In this document: one piece after another, positions 8,400 through 15,904 of the stretch
Position numbering within the stretch: position 1 is the first letter of the stretch
Layout of the letters: each line of letters starts with the position of its first letter
Virus record (IMG/VR): IMGVR_UViG_3300022407_002384
Span: 1 to 43,138 of that record
Reading direction: 5' to 3' (one strand)
Length of the DNA: 43,138 nucleotides
Source: a virus
Lineage: Duplodnaviria; Caudoviricetes
Notes under the pieces: model-generated
The model's input: only the letters and a program-made list of their open reading frames with translations
Told to the model about the DNA's origin: nothing
Database searches by the model: none
Translations under genes and position numbers: made by a program

Positions 8400-8657
8400 T
8401 CATTGGGGAGCCCCCGCGAGGCCGCAGAAACCGTCAACGTAAACCCACTGACCATTGCCGGTGAGGTCCCGTTCGGTCAGTGCGCCAGTAGCAGAGTTGC
8501 GGAAAAGCTGCCTCGCGCCCAGCCGCCAAGCCATGCAGGCAGAGCCGATGCAGAAGACGGCGGGAACCGTGTAGCCATTTACCACTTCCATGTTCCGGCC
8601 ATCGCCTTCCACCCTCGCGAACGGACACCACTTCGCCTTCGCTTCGTCTTCGGTCAT
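8400..8657 (-). CDS. Hypothetical Cys-containing phage protein
   Basis: TEDEAKAKWCPFARV...CIGSACMAWR...GFCGLAG. Confidence 0.75.
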   Translation of the reverse strand: MTEDEAKAKWCPFARVEGDGRNMEVVNGYTVPAVFCIGSACMAWRLGARQLFRNSATGALTERDLTGNGQWVYVDGFCGLAGAPQ

Positions 8658-8935
8658 TGGCCGTGCGCCTTGGCGAGAGCGGCGCGGGCAAGATCTGCAA
8701 GGCCGTCGTGGTCAGCGTCCCGGCCCATGTTTGCCAGCACGTCCTCGATTTCCCGCAGCGCCTCCGCCAGATCAGGAGCGGCGGCTATCAGGCGGGCGTC
8801 TGGCGTGTCGAGATCAACGAACGCAATCGTCGCATCTTCGTCGGATGTGGGGGAAAGCCTCCCGTCAAAGACATGGCTGTTCGCGCCCTCGCGAATGACC
8901 CAAGGCCCCGGCGTGTGTTTCAGATGTGCGCTCAT
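8654..8935 (-). CDS. Hypothetical phage protein (HTPGPW...ARLIAAAPDL family)
   Basis: Start moved to ATG 8935; motif pair common in phage early proteins. Confidence 0.8.
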   Translation of the reverse strand: MSAHLKHTPGPWVIREGANSHVFDGRLSPTSDEDATIAFVDLDTPDARLIAAAPDLAEALREIEDVLANMGRDADHDGLADLARAALAKAHGQ

Positions 8936-9021
8936 TTCTTCCCCCTGTAGTGCCACTCGATAGCCGCCCGCCCGCAGAACATGGCGGCAAGGCCGATGAT
9001 GAGGATGATGGTCTCGAACAC
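8932..9021 (-). CDS. 29-aa hydrophobic peptide
   Basis: MFETIILIIGLAAMFCGRAAIEWHYRGKK; GTG start with GGAGG RBS; TGA overlaps the next ATG. Confidence 0.6.
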   Translation of the reverse strand: MFETIILIIGLAAMFCGRAAIEWHYRGKK

Positions 9022-9024
9022 GGG

Positions 9025-9117
9025 CTAACCTCCGACGCAGACGATGAGGGCAAGCGGCAGCGCGACGCACCAGATCAGGGCGGCCAGCGCAAAGCGGGCG
9101 AGGGCGAGCGGGGTCAT
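9025..9117 (-). CDS. 30-aa hydrophobic peptide
   Basis: MTPLALARFALAALIWCVALPLALIVCVGG; ATGA overlap with the upstream gene. Confidence 0.55.
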   Translation of the reverse strand: MTPLALARFALAALIWCVALPLALIVCVGG

Positions 9118-9389
9118 GCAGCATCACCCTGAACGAGGTAGATACCCCGCGACTGCTGACGCCATGCCAGCGCGTCACGGTAGGAAACGTCAGCCTCTGC
9201 CCAGACCACGCAGAGCGCGTCACGCTCGCGGCCTGTTGCGTTGATGGCGAGGCTGTAGAGGGCCTTGCGAACCCGGTAGAGGGTCGGCATGGAGATGAAG
9301 GCCTTGGCCCCGGTGTGGTCGCGGAAAACAGGGTCGCCGCCAGAAGCCCACAGAACACGGATGCCGTCGTTGAACGGGCGCGCGCTCAT
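9114..9389 (-). CDS. Hypothetical protein
   Basis: 91 aa; coupled. Confidence 0.7.
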   Translation of the reverse strand: MSARPFNDGIRVLWASGGDPVFRDHTGAKAFISMPTLYRVRKALYSLAINATGRERDALCVVWAEADVSYRDALAWRQQSRGIYLVQGDAA

Positions 9390-9622
9390 ATCGACCAGCT
9401 CCGCGTGATGGTGCTGTAACGCTCATCGCCAATGCAGGACTTGCAAGCCCAGCAGTCGAGAGCCTGATCGTCACCGTCGTGCGTCCAGTCGGTGAAGTGG
9501 CCTTCACAGATGCCGCAGGTGAAAAGCTCATCGTGGATGGCGTCTTCGATGGGAGAGCCGTCCGCCATGTAGTCGGCGAGGAAGGCGCGGCCTTCTGCGG
9601 AATATGGATCGATGTATGCCAT
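9386..9622 (-). CDS. Small CxxC...CxxC protein, first gene of the leftward operon
   Basis: CGIC and CWAC..C; GGAG RBS. Confidence 0.7.
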   Translation of the reverse strand: MAYIDPYSAEGRAFLADYMADGSPIEDAIHDELFTCGICEGHFTDWTHDGDDQALDCWACKSCIGDERYSTITRSWSI

Positions 9623-9649
9623 GTGGCTCCCCGGCGGGTTCGTTTCTGT

Positions 9650-9730
9650 CTCACCATAAGACGCCCCGCCGCCACGCCCGTCAAGCGAATTATTTCGGGT
9701 TTGACTAAACAGATTGGCGTGCTATTGGTG
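9650..9730. promoter_or_regulatory. Back-to-back divergent early promoters
   Basis: TTGACG on minus (9684-9679) and TTGACT on plus (9701-9706) followed by TGCTATT; this is where gene orientation flips. Confidence 0.55.
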
Positions 9731-9734
9731 GGGT

Positions 9735-9923
9735 ATGAACGAACCGCACCCACAAGTTATGGACCTTTACCGCCGCGCAAGAGCTGTTCGCGTGCGGATC
9801 GGACGTCTCATGGACGAAGCCGATTTGCACCCTAGCACTTGGTCTGCATGGATGAACGGGACGACGCCGAACGTGGCGAGCCTGGACAAAGTGGATAAGG
9901 CGCTGAAGGCGAGGGGTGGATGA
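9735..9923 (+). CDS. Cro-like HTH regulator
   Basis: 62 aa; IGRLMDEADLHPSTWSAWMNGTTPNVASL is XRE/Cro-type HTH; first rightward gene. Confidence 0.7.
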   Translation: MNEPHPQVMDLYRRARAVRVRIGRLMDEADLHPSTWSAWMNGTTPNVASLDKVDKALKARGG

Positions 9924-10453
9924 TGCAGTCTTCCGCTCATCTGTATTTTATTCGAGCTGCTGACGGTTCTGGGCACGTCAAAATCGGGCGGTCTTCTAAC
10001 CCCGAAAAGCGGCTTTCGAGCCTTAACGGCGGGTCGCCAGTTCGCCTTACTATTGCAGCGGTCGCGCATGGTTGGGGCGAATATGAACGTCGGTTTCACG
10101 CTCTCTTTGCGCGGGTTCGGTGTCACGGCGAGTGGTTTTTGCCAGACCCGGAAATTGACAGCGTTATTCTTGCCATTCAGCAAAACAGTTTTGACCTAAC
10201 GCTGTTGCCAGCGGCAATTGGTGAGTCGCGCGGCGCCGATGGGTCAGCTCCCGTTCGGCTTGCAAAATCACTCCTCGATGAACTGGGAAGCTACACCGAA
10301 GTAGCGGCAAAGATCGGCGTTGCGCCGGGTGTTGTCGCTACCTGGCGCTCCCGAAACGCCATTCCGCGTTCTGCATGGCCTGACCTTATGCTGAGGTATC
10401 CTCGCAAGGCCAAGCTGGCAGCGTTGGTCGCCACGGAGGCGGTCACGCAATGA
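9920..10453 (+). CDS. T5orf172/MUG113-type GIY-YIG nuclease domain fused to a C-terminal Cro-like HTH
   Basis: LYFI...VKIGRS.NPEKRL..L...SP...E..FH..F...R.HGEWF; C-terminal LGSYTEVAAKIGVAPGVVATWRSRNAIP. Confidence 0.8.
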   Translation: MMQSSAHLYFIRAADGSGHVKIGRSSNPEKRLSSLNGGSPVRLTIAAVAHGWGEYERRFHALFARVRCHGEWFLPDPEIDSVILAIQQNSFDLTLLPAAIGESRGADGSAPVRLAKSLLDELGSYTEVAAKIGVAPGVVATWRSRNAIPRSAWPDLMLRYPRKAKLAALVATEAVTQ

Positions 10454-10465
10454 TGCCACCACATT

Positions 10466-10670
10466 TCCCCACGGTCGGCCTGTCCGGTAACGGAAACGGC
10501 AATAACCGATCATGGGGAGCCCCGGAGCGTATTAGCCCCCGCCTCCGGGGAATTATCCCCGCCGCTCATTCCTTTCGCAGAGGATAGCCGGTCGCCTCTG
10601 AAAAGCCTGACCTGATGGATTCACAAGCCGGGAGCGGATCGCGGGGACTTCCTGCCGGCTCAAGGTCAGG
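10466..10670 (+). other. Intergenic run of four hairpins (candidate structured RNA)
   Basis: Stems 10466-78/10506-18, 10520-27/10543-50, 10578-83/10595-600 and 10606-13/10663-70. Confidence 0.5.
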
Positions 10671-10704
10671 AAGACCGGCACTAACGCTAGAGAAAGGAAG
10701 ACAC

Positions 10705-10890
10705 ATGTTCGGATTGCTACGGAAACTGAAGGCGGCGAAGGCCCGCAAGGCCGCTGAACGCCAGCACGAAGAAACCCTCGCCGGGTTTGAACGCCGCATC
10801 GAGGCGGCTCGCGCCAAGCATCAACCCGTCAGGCACATCATGGCTGAACGCACCGACTATATGCACGCGGGTTTGAGGAAAAAGGCATGA
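10705..10890 (+). CDS. Hypothetical basic protein
   Basis: ATG 10705 after AAAGGA; ATGA overlap with the helicase. Confidence 0.7.
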   Translation: MFGLLRKLKAAKARKAAERQHEETLAGFERRIEAARAKHQPVRHIMAERTDYMHAGLRKKA

Positions 10891-12857
10891 GCCCTTATGA
10901 GGAGTTCCTCGCCCGCAAGGCCATCACTGACCCGCACACGGGCCTGACGGACCTTCCCGATCTGCCGGCGATGATGTTTCCTTTCCAGAAGGATATCACG
11001 GCATGGGCTCTGCGGCGCGGTCGGGCGGCGTTGTTCGCCGGGACCGGCCTTGGCAAGAGCCTGATGGAACTGGCATGGGCTGACGCGGTTAGCCGCCACA
11101 CGGGCCGGAACATTCTGCACCTTGCTCCGCTCGCCGTCTCTGCCCAGCTCGTGCGCGAGGCGGACAAGTTCGGCATTGTCGCACATCACGTTCGGGAAGC
11201 TGGCGACGTTCGGCCCGGCATCAACATCACCAACTATCAGAAGATCGAGCATTTCGATCTGTCGGAGTTTGGCGGCGTCATTCTGGACGAGAGCAGCATT
11301 CTCAAGTCAGTGGACGGCCACTACCGCACCCGGCTCATCGAGCAATGCGCGCAAATCCCGTTCCGCCTCGCCGCGACCGCCACCCCGGCGCCGAACGACT
11401 TCATGGAGCTAGGCAATCACGCCGAGTTCCTGGGGGTTATGTCCTATACCGACATGCTGGCGACGTTCTTCGTCCACGACGGCGGAGACACCCAGAAGTG
11501 GCGGCTCAAGGGCCACGCCGAAGACGAGTTCTGGAAGTGGATGGCGTCATGGTCGGTCATGCTTCGCAAGCCGTCCGACCTTGGCTATCCGAACGCCGGT
11601 TATGATCTTCCTCCATTGGAGACGCTACAGCACACGGTCGGCGTCGAATACGCGCCCAGCATGGAAACCGGCCTTCTGTTTCCGATCCAGGCCGCGACCA
11701 TGCAAGAGCGTCTCGCGGCGCGTCGGGCCACTGTGGACGATCGGGTGTTGAGCGCGGTTAGCGTTGTTATGAGCGATCTTTGTGCTAAATATCCAGAATG
11801 CAAAAGTCCCGATGGAAACGACAGTATCAGGAAAACCGGGAAGCCCGATGCGCGGCTGATCCAGAATATGCTGCAAAGTATGCGGAGCAGCAGGCTCGCG
11901 GAAAACGAAGCCCTGATGAAAACCGCGAATACATGCGAGCCTACTACGTCGCGAACCGGGAAAAATGGTCGCGCCGAAGCCCGGAAAAGCAGGCTGAATA
12001 CAACGAAAACCGGCGACAGAGATACGCATCAGATGCCGAGTATCGAGAGCGCGTCAAAATTGCCGTTCGCGACGGGTGCAAAGACGCCAAGCGAAACAGC
12101 CGCCTCAAGTCCGCGTTTGGCATTAGCGCCGACGACTACGCCGATATCCTCGCCAAGCAAGGCGGCGGGTGTTCAATTTGCGGAAGCTCAGAAGGAGACC
12201 GTCGAGGCCGTCGGCTCCACGTTGACCACTGCCACACAACCGGATTTGTCCGGGGGCTTCTCTGCAGCAACTGTAACATTGGCATCGGAAAGTTCCGCGA
12301 CAATCCAGACCGCCTCGACAGAGCCGCTGAATACATCCGTGACGCCGAACAACGACGCATGGGTGATATGGTGCAACCTGAACAGCGAGCAAGCGGCGAT
12401 TAAGGCTGCCCTTGGCGGCCTCGCTATTTCGATAGACGGAAGCCATAGCGAGGACGAGAAGGAGGCGCTTCACATGAAGTGGCTCGCTGGCGATGCGCCG
12501 GTGCTAATTTGTAAGCCTTCGATGTTTGGCCACGGCTGCAATTGGCAGCACTGCCATAAAACCATTTTCGTCGGGCTCAATGACAGCTTCGAGCAGGTCT
12601 ATCAGGCCGTTCGGCGGTTCTGGCGCTTCGGCCAGACGAAGCCCGTGACGGTCCACTTTATCGCCGCTGAGACGGAAGGCGCCGTGGTCGCCAATCTCAA
12701 GCGCAAGGAAGCCGACGCTGACCGCATGGCGGCAGCGATGGTCCTGCACATGGCCGACCTTTCGACGAAAGCCGTTCGCGGTCAGGTTCGGGATCGTCCA
12801 GACTACAATCCGCAACAGTCCGTAAAATTGCCCTCGTGGTTGGAGAATGCCGCATGA
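10887..12857 (+). CDS. SF2 (SNF2-like) helicase with a ~190-aa in-frame insertion
   Basis: Walker A GTGLGKS, Walker B ILDESS, motif III ATATP, C-terminal FGHGCNWQ and QAVRRFWRFGQ; low-complexity insert between the RecA domains. Confidence 0.88.
   Translation: MSPYEEFLARKAITDPHTGLTDLPDLPAMMFPFQKDITAWALRRGRAALFAGTGLGKSLMELAWADAVSRHTGRNILHLAPLAVSAQLVREADKFGIVAHHVREAGDVRPGINITNYQKIEHFDLSEFGGVILDESSILKSVDGHYRTRLIEQCAQIPFRLAATATPAPNDFMELGNHAEFLGVMSYTDMLATFFVHDGGDTQKWRLKGHAEDEFWKWMASWSVMLRKPSDLGYPNAGYDLPPLETLQHTVGVEYAPSMETGLLFPIQAATMQERLAARRATVDDRVLSAVSVVMSDLCAKYPECKSPDGNDSIRKTGKPDARLIQNMLQSMRSSRLAENEALMKTANTCEPTTSRTGKNGRAEARKSRLNTTKTGDRDTHQMPSIESASKLPFATGAKTPSETAASSPRLALAPTTTPISSPSKAAGVQFAEAQKETVEAVGSTLTTATQPDLSGGFSAATVTLASESSATIQTASTEPLNTSVTPNNDAWVIWCNLNSEQAAIKAALGGLAISIDGSHSEDEKEALHMKWLAGDAPVLICKPSMFGHGCNWQHCHKTIFVGLNDSFEQVYQAVRRFWRFGQTKPVTVHFIAAETEGAVVANLKRKEADADRMAAAMVLHMADLSTKAVRGQVRDRPDYNPQQSVKLPSWLENAA
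11764..11797 (+). promoter_or_regulatory. Putative internal (leaderless) promoter for the nested endonuclease
   Basis: TTGTTA-16-TAAATA with extended TG, ending 6 nt before ATG 11798; no SD sequence. Confidence 0.4.
11798..12403 (+). CDS. Endonuclease VII-type (His-Me finger) homing endonuclease nested out of frame in the helicase
   Basis: FGISADDY..IL..QGGGCSICG...LHVDHCHTTG.VRGLLCSNCN.GIG.FRD.P..L..A..Y; basic helical N-terminus. Confidence 0.9.
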   Translation: MQKSRWKRQYQENREARCAADPEYAAKYAEQQARGKRSPDENREYMRAYYVANREKWSRRSPEKQAEYNENRRQRYASDAEYRERVKIAVRDGCKDAKRNSRLKSAFGISADDYADILAKQGGGCSICGSSEGDRRGRRLHVDHCHTTGFVRGLLCSNCNIGIGKFRDNPDRLDRAAEYIRDAEQRRMGDMVQPEQRASGD

Positions 12858-13906
12858 AACAGATTCGCAACATCAAGGCCGTCGATCAGGTCGTGACCGA
12901 TCAATACGCCATCTACCAAGGGGATAGCTGCGAGGTCATCCGCGCCATCCCGGCTGACAGCATCCACTTTGGCGTTCACTCCCCGCCGTTCGAAGGCCTC
13001 TACAAGTTCAGCAACTACGACCGCGACATTTCCAACAATGACGGCGCGGCGTTCTGGGAACATTACGCCTTTCTCATTCAGGAATTGCTCCGCGTCACCA
13101 AGCCGGGCAGGCTCCATTCCGTCCACTGTATGCAACTCCCGATGAGCAAGACACGCCACGGCCATATCGGGATGCGGGACTTTCGCGGGGAGATCATCCG
13201 GGCATACGAGGACGCCGGGTGGATTTTCCATAGCGAGGTCTGCATCTGGAAAGACCCCGTGGTCGCGCAACAGCGAACCAAATCCATTCGGCTGCTGCAC
13301 AAGCAACTGACGAAGGATAGTTCTATCAGCGGGCAGGGTCTGGCCGACTACGTGGTGACGTTCCGCAAGAAGGGCGACAATGAGGAAGCGGTGCAAGGCA
13401 TGTTGGCGCAGTGGATTGGCGCCAAGCCTGACCCGGATCAAATGTCGTGGGCGGATGCCAGAACGGCGGCGGGTATCGACGTTTCGCGGGAAGCCTATGA
13501 CCGCCACGCATCGCAGACCATTTCCGAAGGCCGCACGCCGTGGCCATTCGAGCAGTGGGTTTCCATCCTGGTATGGCAGCGTTACGCCTCGCCCGTCTGG
13601 ATGGATATCGACCAGACCCGCACCCTTCAATATCGCGGGGGTCGCGACCAGAAAGACGAGCAGCACATTTCCCCGCTGCAGCTGGACGTGATCGAGCGGT
13701 GTATCGACCTGTGGAGCAATCCGGGCGACGTGGTGCTGACGCCGTTTCTCGGTATCGGTTCGGAGGTTTTTGCGGCGGTTGAGATGGGCCGCAAGGGCAT
13801 CGGCATCGAATTGAAGCCGTCCTATTTCAAGCAGGCGGTCAAGAACATCGCTCTCGCTGGCCCGCGCTCGAAACCAAACGATCTGTTTTCCGCCGATGCA
13901 GCGTGA
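12854..13906 (+). CDS. DNA amino-methyltransferase (N4-C/N6-A, beta class)
   Basis: Catalytic SPPF precedes SAM-binding VLTPFLGIGS and GIELK; ATG 12854 overlaps the helicase stop. Confidence 0.9.
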   Translation: MKQIRNIKAVDQVVTDQYAIYQGDSCEVIRAIPADSIHFGVHSPPFEGLYKFSNYDRDISNNDGAAFWEHYAFLIQELLRVTKPGRLHSVHCMQLPMSKTRHGHIGMRDFRGEIIRAYEDAGWIFHSEVCIWKDPVVAQQRTKSIRLLHKQLTKDSSISGQGLADYVVTFRKKGDNEEAVQGMLAQWIGAKPDPDQMSWADARTAAGIDVSREAYDRHASQTISEGRTPWPFEQWVSILVWQRYASPVWMDIDQTRTLQYRGGRDQKDEQHISPLQLDVIERCIDLWSNPGDVVLTPFLGIGSEVFAAVEMGRKGIGIELKPSYFKQAVKNIALAGPRSKPNDLFSADAA

Positions 13907-14252
13907 GCCTGTAGGCCCAACCCCTCGCCGTTCCATGACCAGGGCAAGGCGGCTCCGCATTTACATCGCCTGCAATGGCCGGTGTGTTTGCGGGGTCAAG
14001 GTCCCCATGGAAGGAACGGTTATCGACCACCCGACGCAGTTATGGCTCGGAGGCTCTGACGAGGATCATCTGCTGAAGTTCCTTTGCGACCCTTGCAACA
14101 AGCAAAAGACCGCGAAGGACGCCACTGTCAGGGCCAAGGTCAAGCGCATCATTGCCAAGTCTGACCCTGACGCCCGCAAGCCCTCCCGCATGAAATCCCG
14201 CCCGTTCCCCAAGGGGTCGCGGCCCATACCATCAAGGAAGTTCGGACAATGA
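13896..14252 (+). CDS. Small HNH-family endonuclease
   Basis: C.CG...IDH....LGG.D....L..LC.PCN..KT. Confidence 0.75.
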   Translation: MQREPVGPTPRRSMTRARRLRIYIACNGRCVCGVKVPMEGTVIDHPTQLWLGGSDEDHLLKFLCDPCNKQKTAKDATVRAKVKRIIAKSDPDARKPSRMKSRPFPKGSRPIPSRKFGQ

Positions 14253-14896
14253 CAATTTGGACCGACGAGAAGCGCGCCGACATCGCCAAACTCTGGATGC
14301 AGGGACATTCGGCAACGATCATCGGGCGCCAATACGGCGTCAGTCGCAATTCAATCATTGGGGTTGTGCATCGCATGGGAATGAGCGGCATGCGCGAAGG
14401 CCCGTCCATCCCCATGCGAGACAGCGTGAAATGGTCCCCAGACATGGACGCCAAGCTGATCGAGATGGCGAAAAACAAGCTCAACCGCCAGCAAATGGCT
14501 GACACGCTGGGGCTGACCTATAACCAGGTCCTGTCCCGCACGCGCACGCTGAAGATCACCATCGTTGACGCCCGGTCATTTTCGCTGCCTTCGTTCACGG
14601 GGGCAAGCGGAGCCGGGGCGGCTTCCGCAAAGCGCAAGCGCGAGCTGGGTCAGAGCAAGGCCCCGGCGCGGATTGTGTGCGAGCCTGCTGACCCGAACAT
14701 CAAGGGCTGCACTATCCTGACCATCCCTGCCCGTGGGGCCTGTAGATGGCCGCTGACGGGCTCGGGGGCTGATCTGGTTATGTGCGGCCAGCGGTCAAGC
14801 GATGCGACCTACTGCGGCAAACACCATGCGCTAGCGTTCTCCGCCCCCGCCGTCACCGGAAAGCAGCTTTACAGGAGCATTCGCAGATATGCCTGA
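14249..14896 (+). CDS. gcrA: GcrA-like cell-cycle regulator homolog with an extra HTH
   Basis: WTDE....L...G.SA..I....GVSRNSIIGVVHR N-terminus; CRWP......CG......YC..H...AF C-terminus. Confidence 0.85.
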   Translation: MTIWTDEKRADIAKLWMQGHSATIIGRQYGVSRNSIIGVVHRMGMSGMREGPSIPMRDSVKWSPDMDAKLIEMAKNKLNRQQMADTLGLTYNQVLSRTRTLKITIVDARSFSLPSFTGASGAGAASAKRKRELGQSKAPARIVCEPADPNIKGCTILTIPARGACRWPLTGSGADLVMCGQRSSDATYCGKHHALAFSAPAVTGKQLYRSIRRYA

Positions 14897-15164
14897 CAAC
14901 TTCCGACCTGTTGACGCCCCCGACGTTCTGGCGACGTTTGCGGGGTTCACTGAGATGGTGGACCGGTTGCACGTTCAGCCGGTGACTGTCACGCCTCAGA
15001 CCATTGGCCCGATCATGCACCTAAAGCGGTGGTCCGATCAGGACGAACGGTTAGTCGAAATGTATCGGCTTGGCTGGCCCTATAAACGGATGGCTGATGA
15101 GCTTGGGCGAACGGTTCGCGCCTGCAAAGCTCGCCTGTATGTCATCGGCTATGGTCGCCAGTGA
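14889..15164 (+). CDS. HTH protein (GcrA-N/Myb-like)
   Basis: WSDQDERLVEMYRLGWPYKRMADELGRTVRACKARL. Confidence 0.7.
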   Translation: MPDNFRPVDAPDVLATFAGFTEMVDRLHVQPVTVTPQTIGPIMHLKRWSDQDERLVEMYRLGWPYKRMADELGRTVRACKARLYVIGYGRQ

Positions 15165-15454
15165 TGGGCGCGGTGTTGAGCCTCTGGAAAGGCATGATCC
15201 GCACTGATCCGACGATGGCAGAGATTGCGGCACAGGTTGCGGCGGAAAGGCGCATTTCAATTTCTGAATTGAAAGGCGTTCGCCGGGATGCTGGATTGGC
15301 ACACGCACGCCAAGAGGCGATGTGGCGAATGTATCAGCAGGGTCGCTGGTCTCTTCCCCAGATCGGGCGGTTTCTGAACCGCGACCATACGACCGTCATT
15401 CATGGCATACGAGTGCATGAGCGACGCATTGGACAGAACATCGAAATGAGTTAG
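15161..15454 (+). CDS. Stand-alone DnaA C-terminal (domain IV) HTH protein
   Basis: ELKG.RR...LAHARQEAMW......SLPQIGRFLNRDHTTVIHG. Confidence 0.88.
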   Translation: MMGAVLSLWKGMIRTDPTMAEIAAQVAAERRISISELKGVRRDAGLAHARQEAMWRMYQQGRWSLPQIGRFLNRDHTTVIHGIRVHERRIGQNIEMS

Positions 15455-15460
15455 ACACGT

Positions 15461-15494
15461 CGGGCAGGGAGCGTCCAACCGCTCAACCTGCCCG
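15461..15494 (+). other. Intergenic GC hairpin
   Basis: CGGGCAGG-GAGCG-tccaac-CGCTC-aa-CCTGCCCG; no U tract. Confidence 0.6.
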
Positions 15495-15523
15495 CTGACC
15501 ACCGGCTAAAGGAACAAACGCCG

Positions 15524-15904
15524 ATGAACGCCGAGACCATACTTTCCCCGCCTCCAAACTACAAGCCGAAGCGATGCTGCGAGTGCGGCAAGCGGCCATT
15601 TTTTCAGGTAGGAGACGACGGGCCGGGCTGGAAGTGTGAATGCGGGGCCTTTGCCGCCGCTACTCCGACAATGGAAGTCAACGGGCGCCCGGCTCACCGT
15701 GAAACCCATGACCTTCGCGTGGAGGCGCTGGGGCTGTTTAACGCCCTGGTGGAAGACATACACCGGTCTATCGGCGGCCCGCCATACAAGGCGAGGAGCC
15801 GGGCCTATAACATGGGCTCTGCCATCCTGAAGAAGCCGCTGTCTTTCCGGTATCTGTCAGCCGATCAAGCCCGCAAACTCATTCGGGTGTGGTCCGTAGG
15901 ATGA
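15524..15904 (+). CDS. Zinc-finger protein (DUF3268-like)
   Basis: CCECG...WKCECGA...G.PA..E...LR..A...F..L...R.RAY; AAAGGA RBS. Confidence 0.6.
   Translation: MNAETILSPPPNYKPKRCCECGKRPFFQVGDDGPGWKCECGAFAAATPTMEVNGRPAHRETHDLRVEALGLFNALVEDIHRSIGGPPYKARSRAYNMGSAILKKPLSFRYLSADQARKLIRVWSVG

Noticed and set aside
7923-8963. 346-aa plus-strand ORF in the left arm
   Set aside because: Antisense to several coupled minus-strand genes; Arg/Pro/Ser-rich shadow composition
9690-9705. CtrA box (TTAA-N7-TTAAC) at the divergent promoters
   Set aside because: TTAT-N7-TTGAC has two mismatches and is explained by the -35 element; it would need a PWM scan to support
11766-12341. Intein or group I intron in the helicase
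   Set aside because: No convincing intein blocks or His-Asn terminus (only a Leu-Asn/Thr); the nuclease is out of frame; too little non-ORF sequence for a ribozyme core
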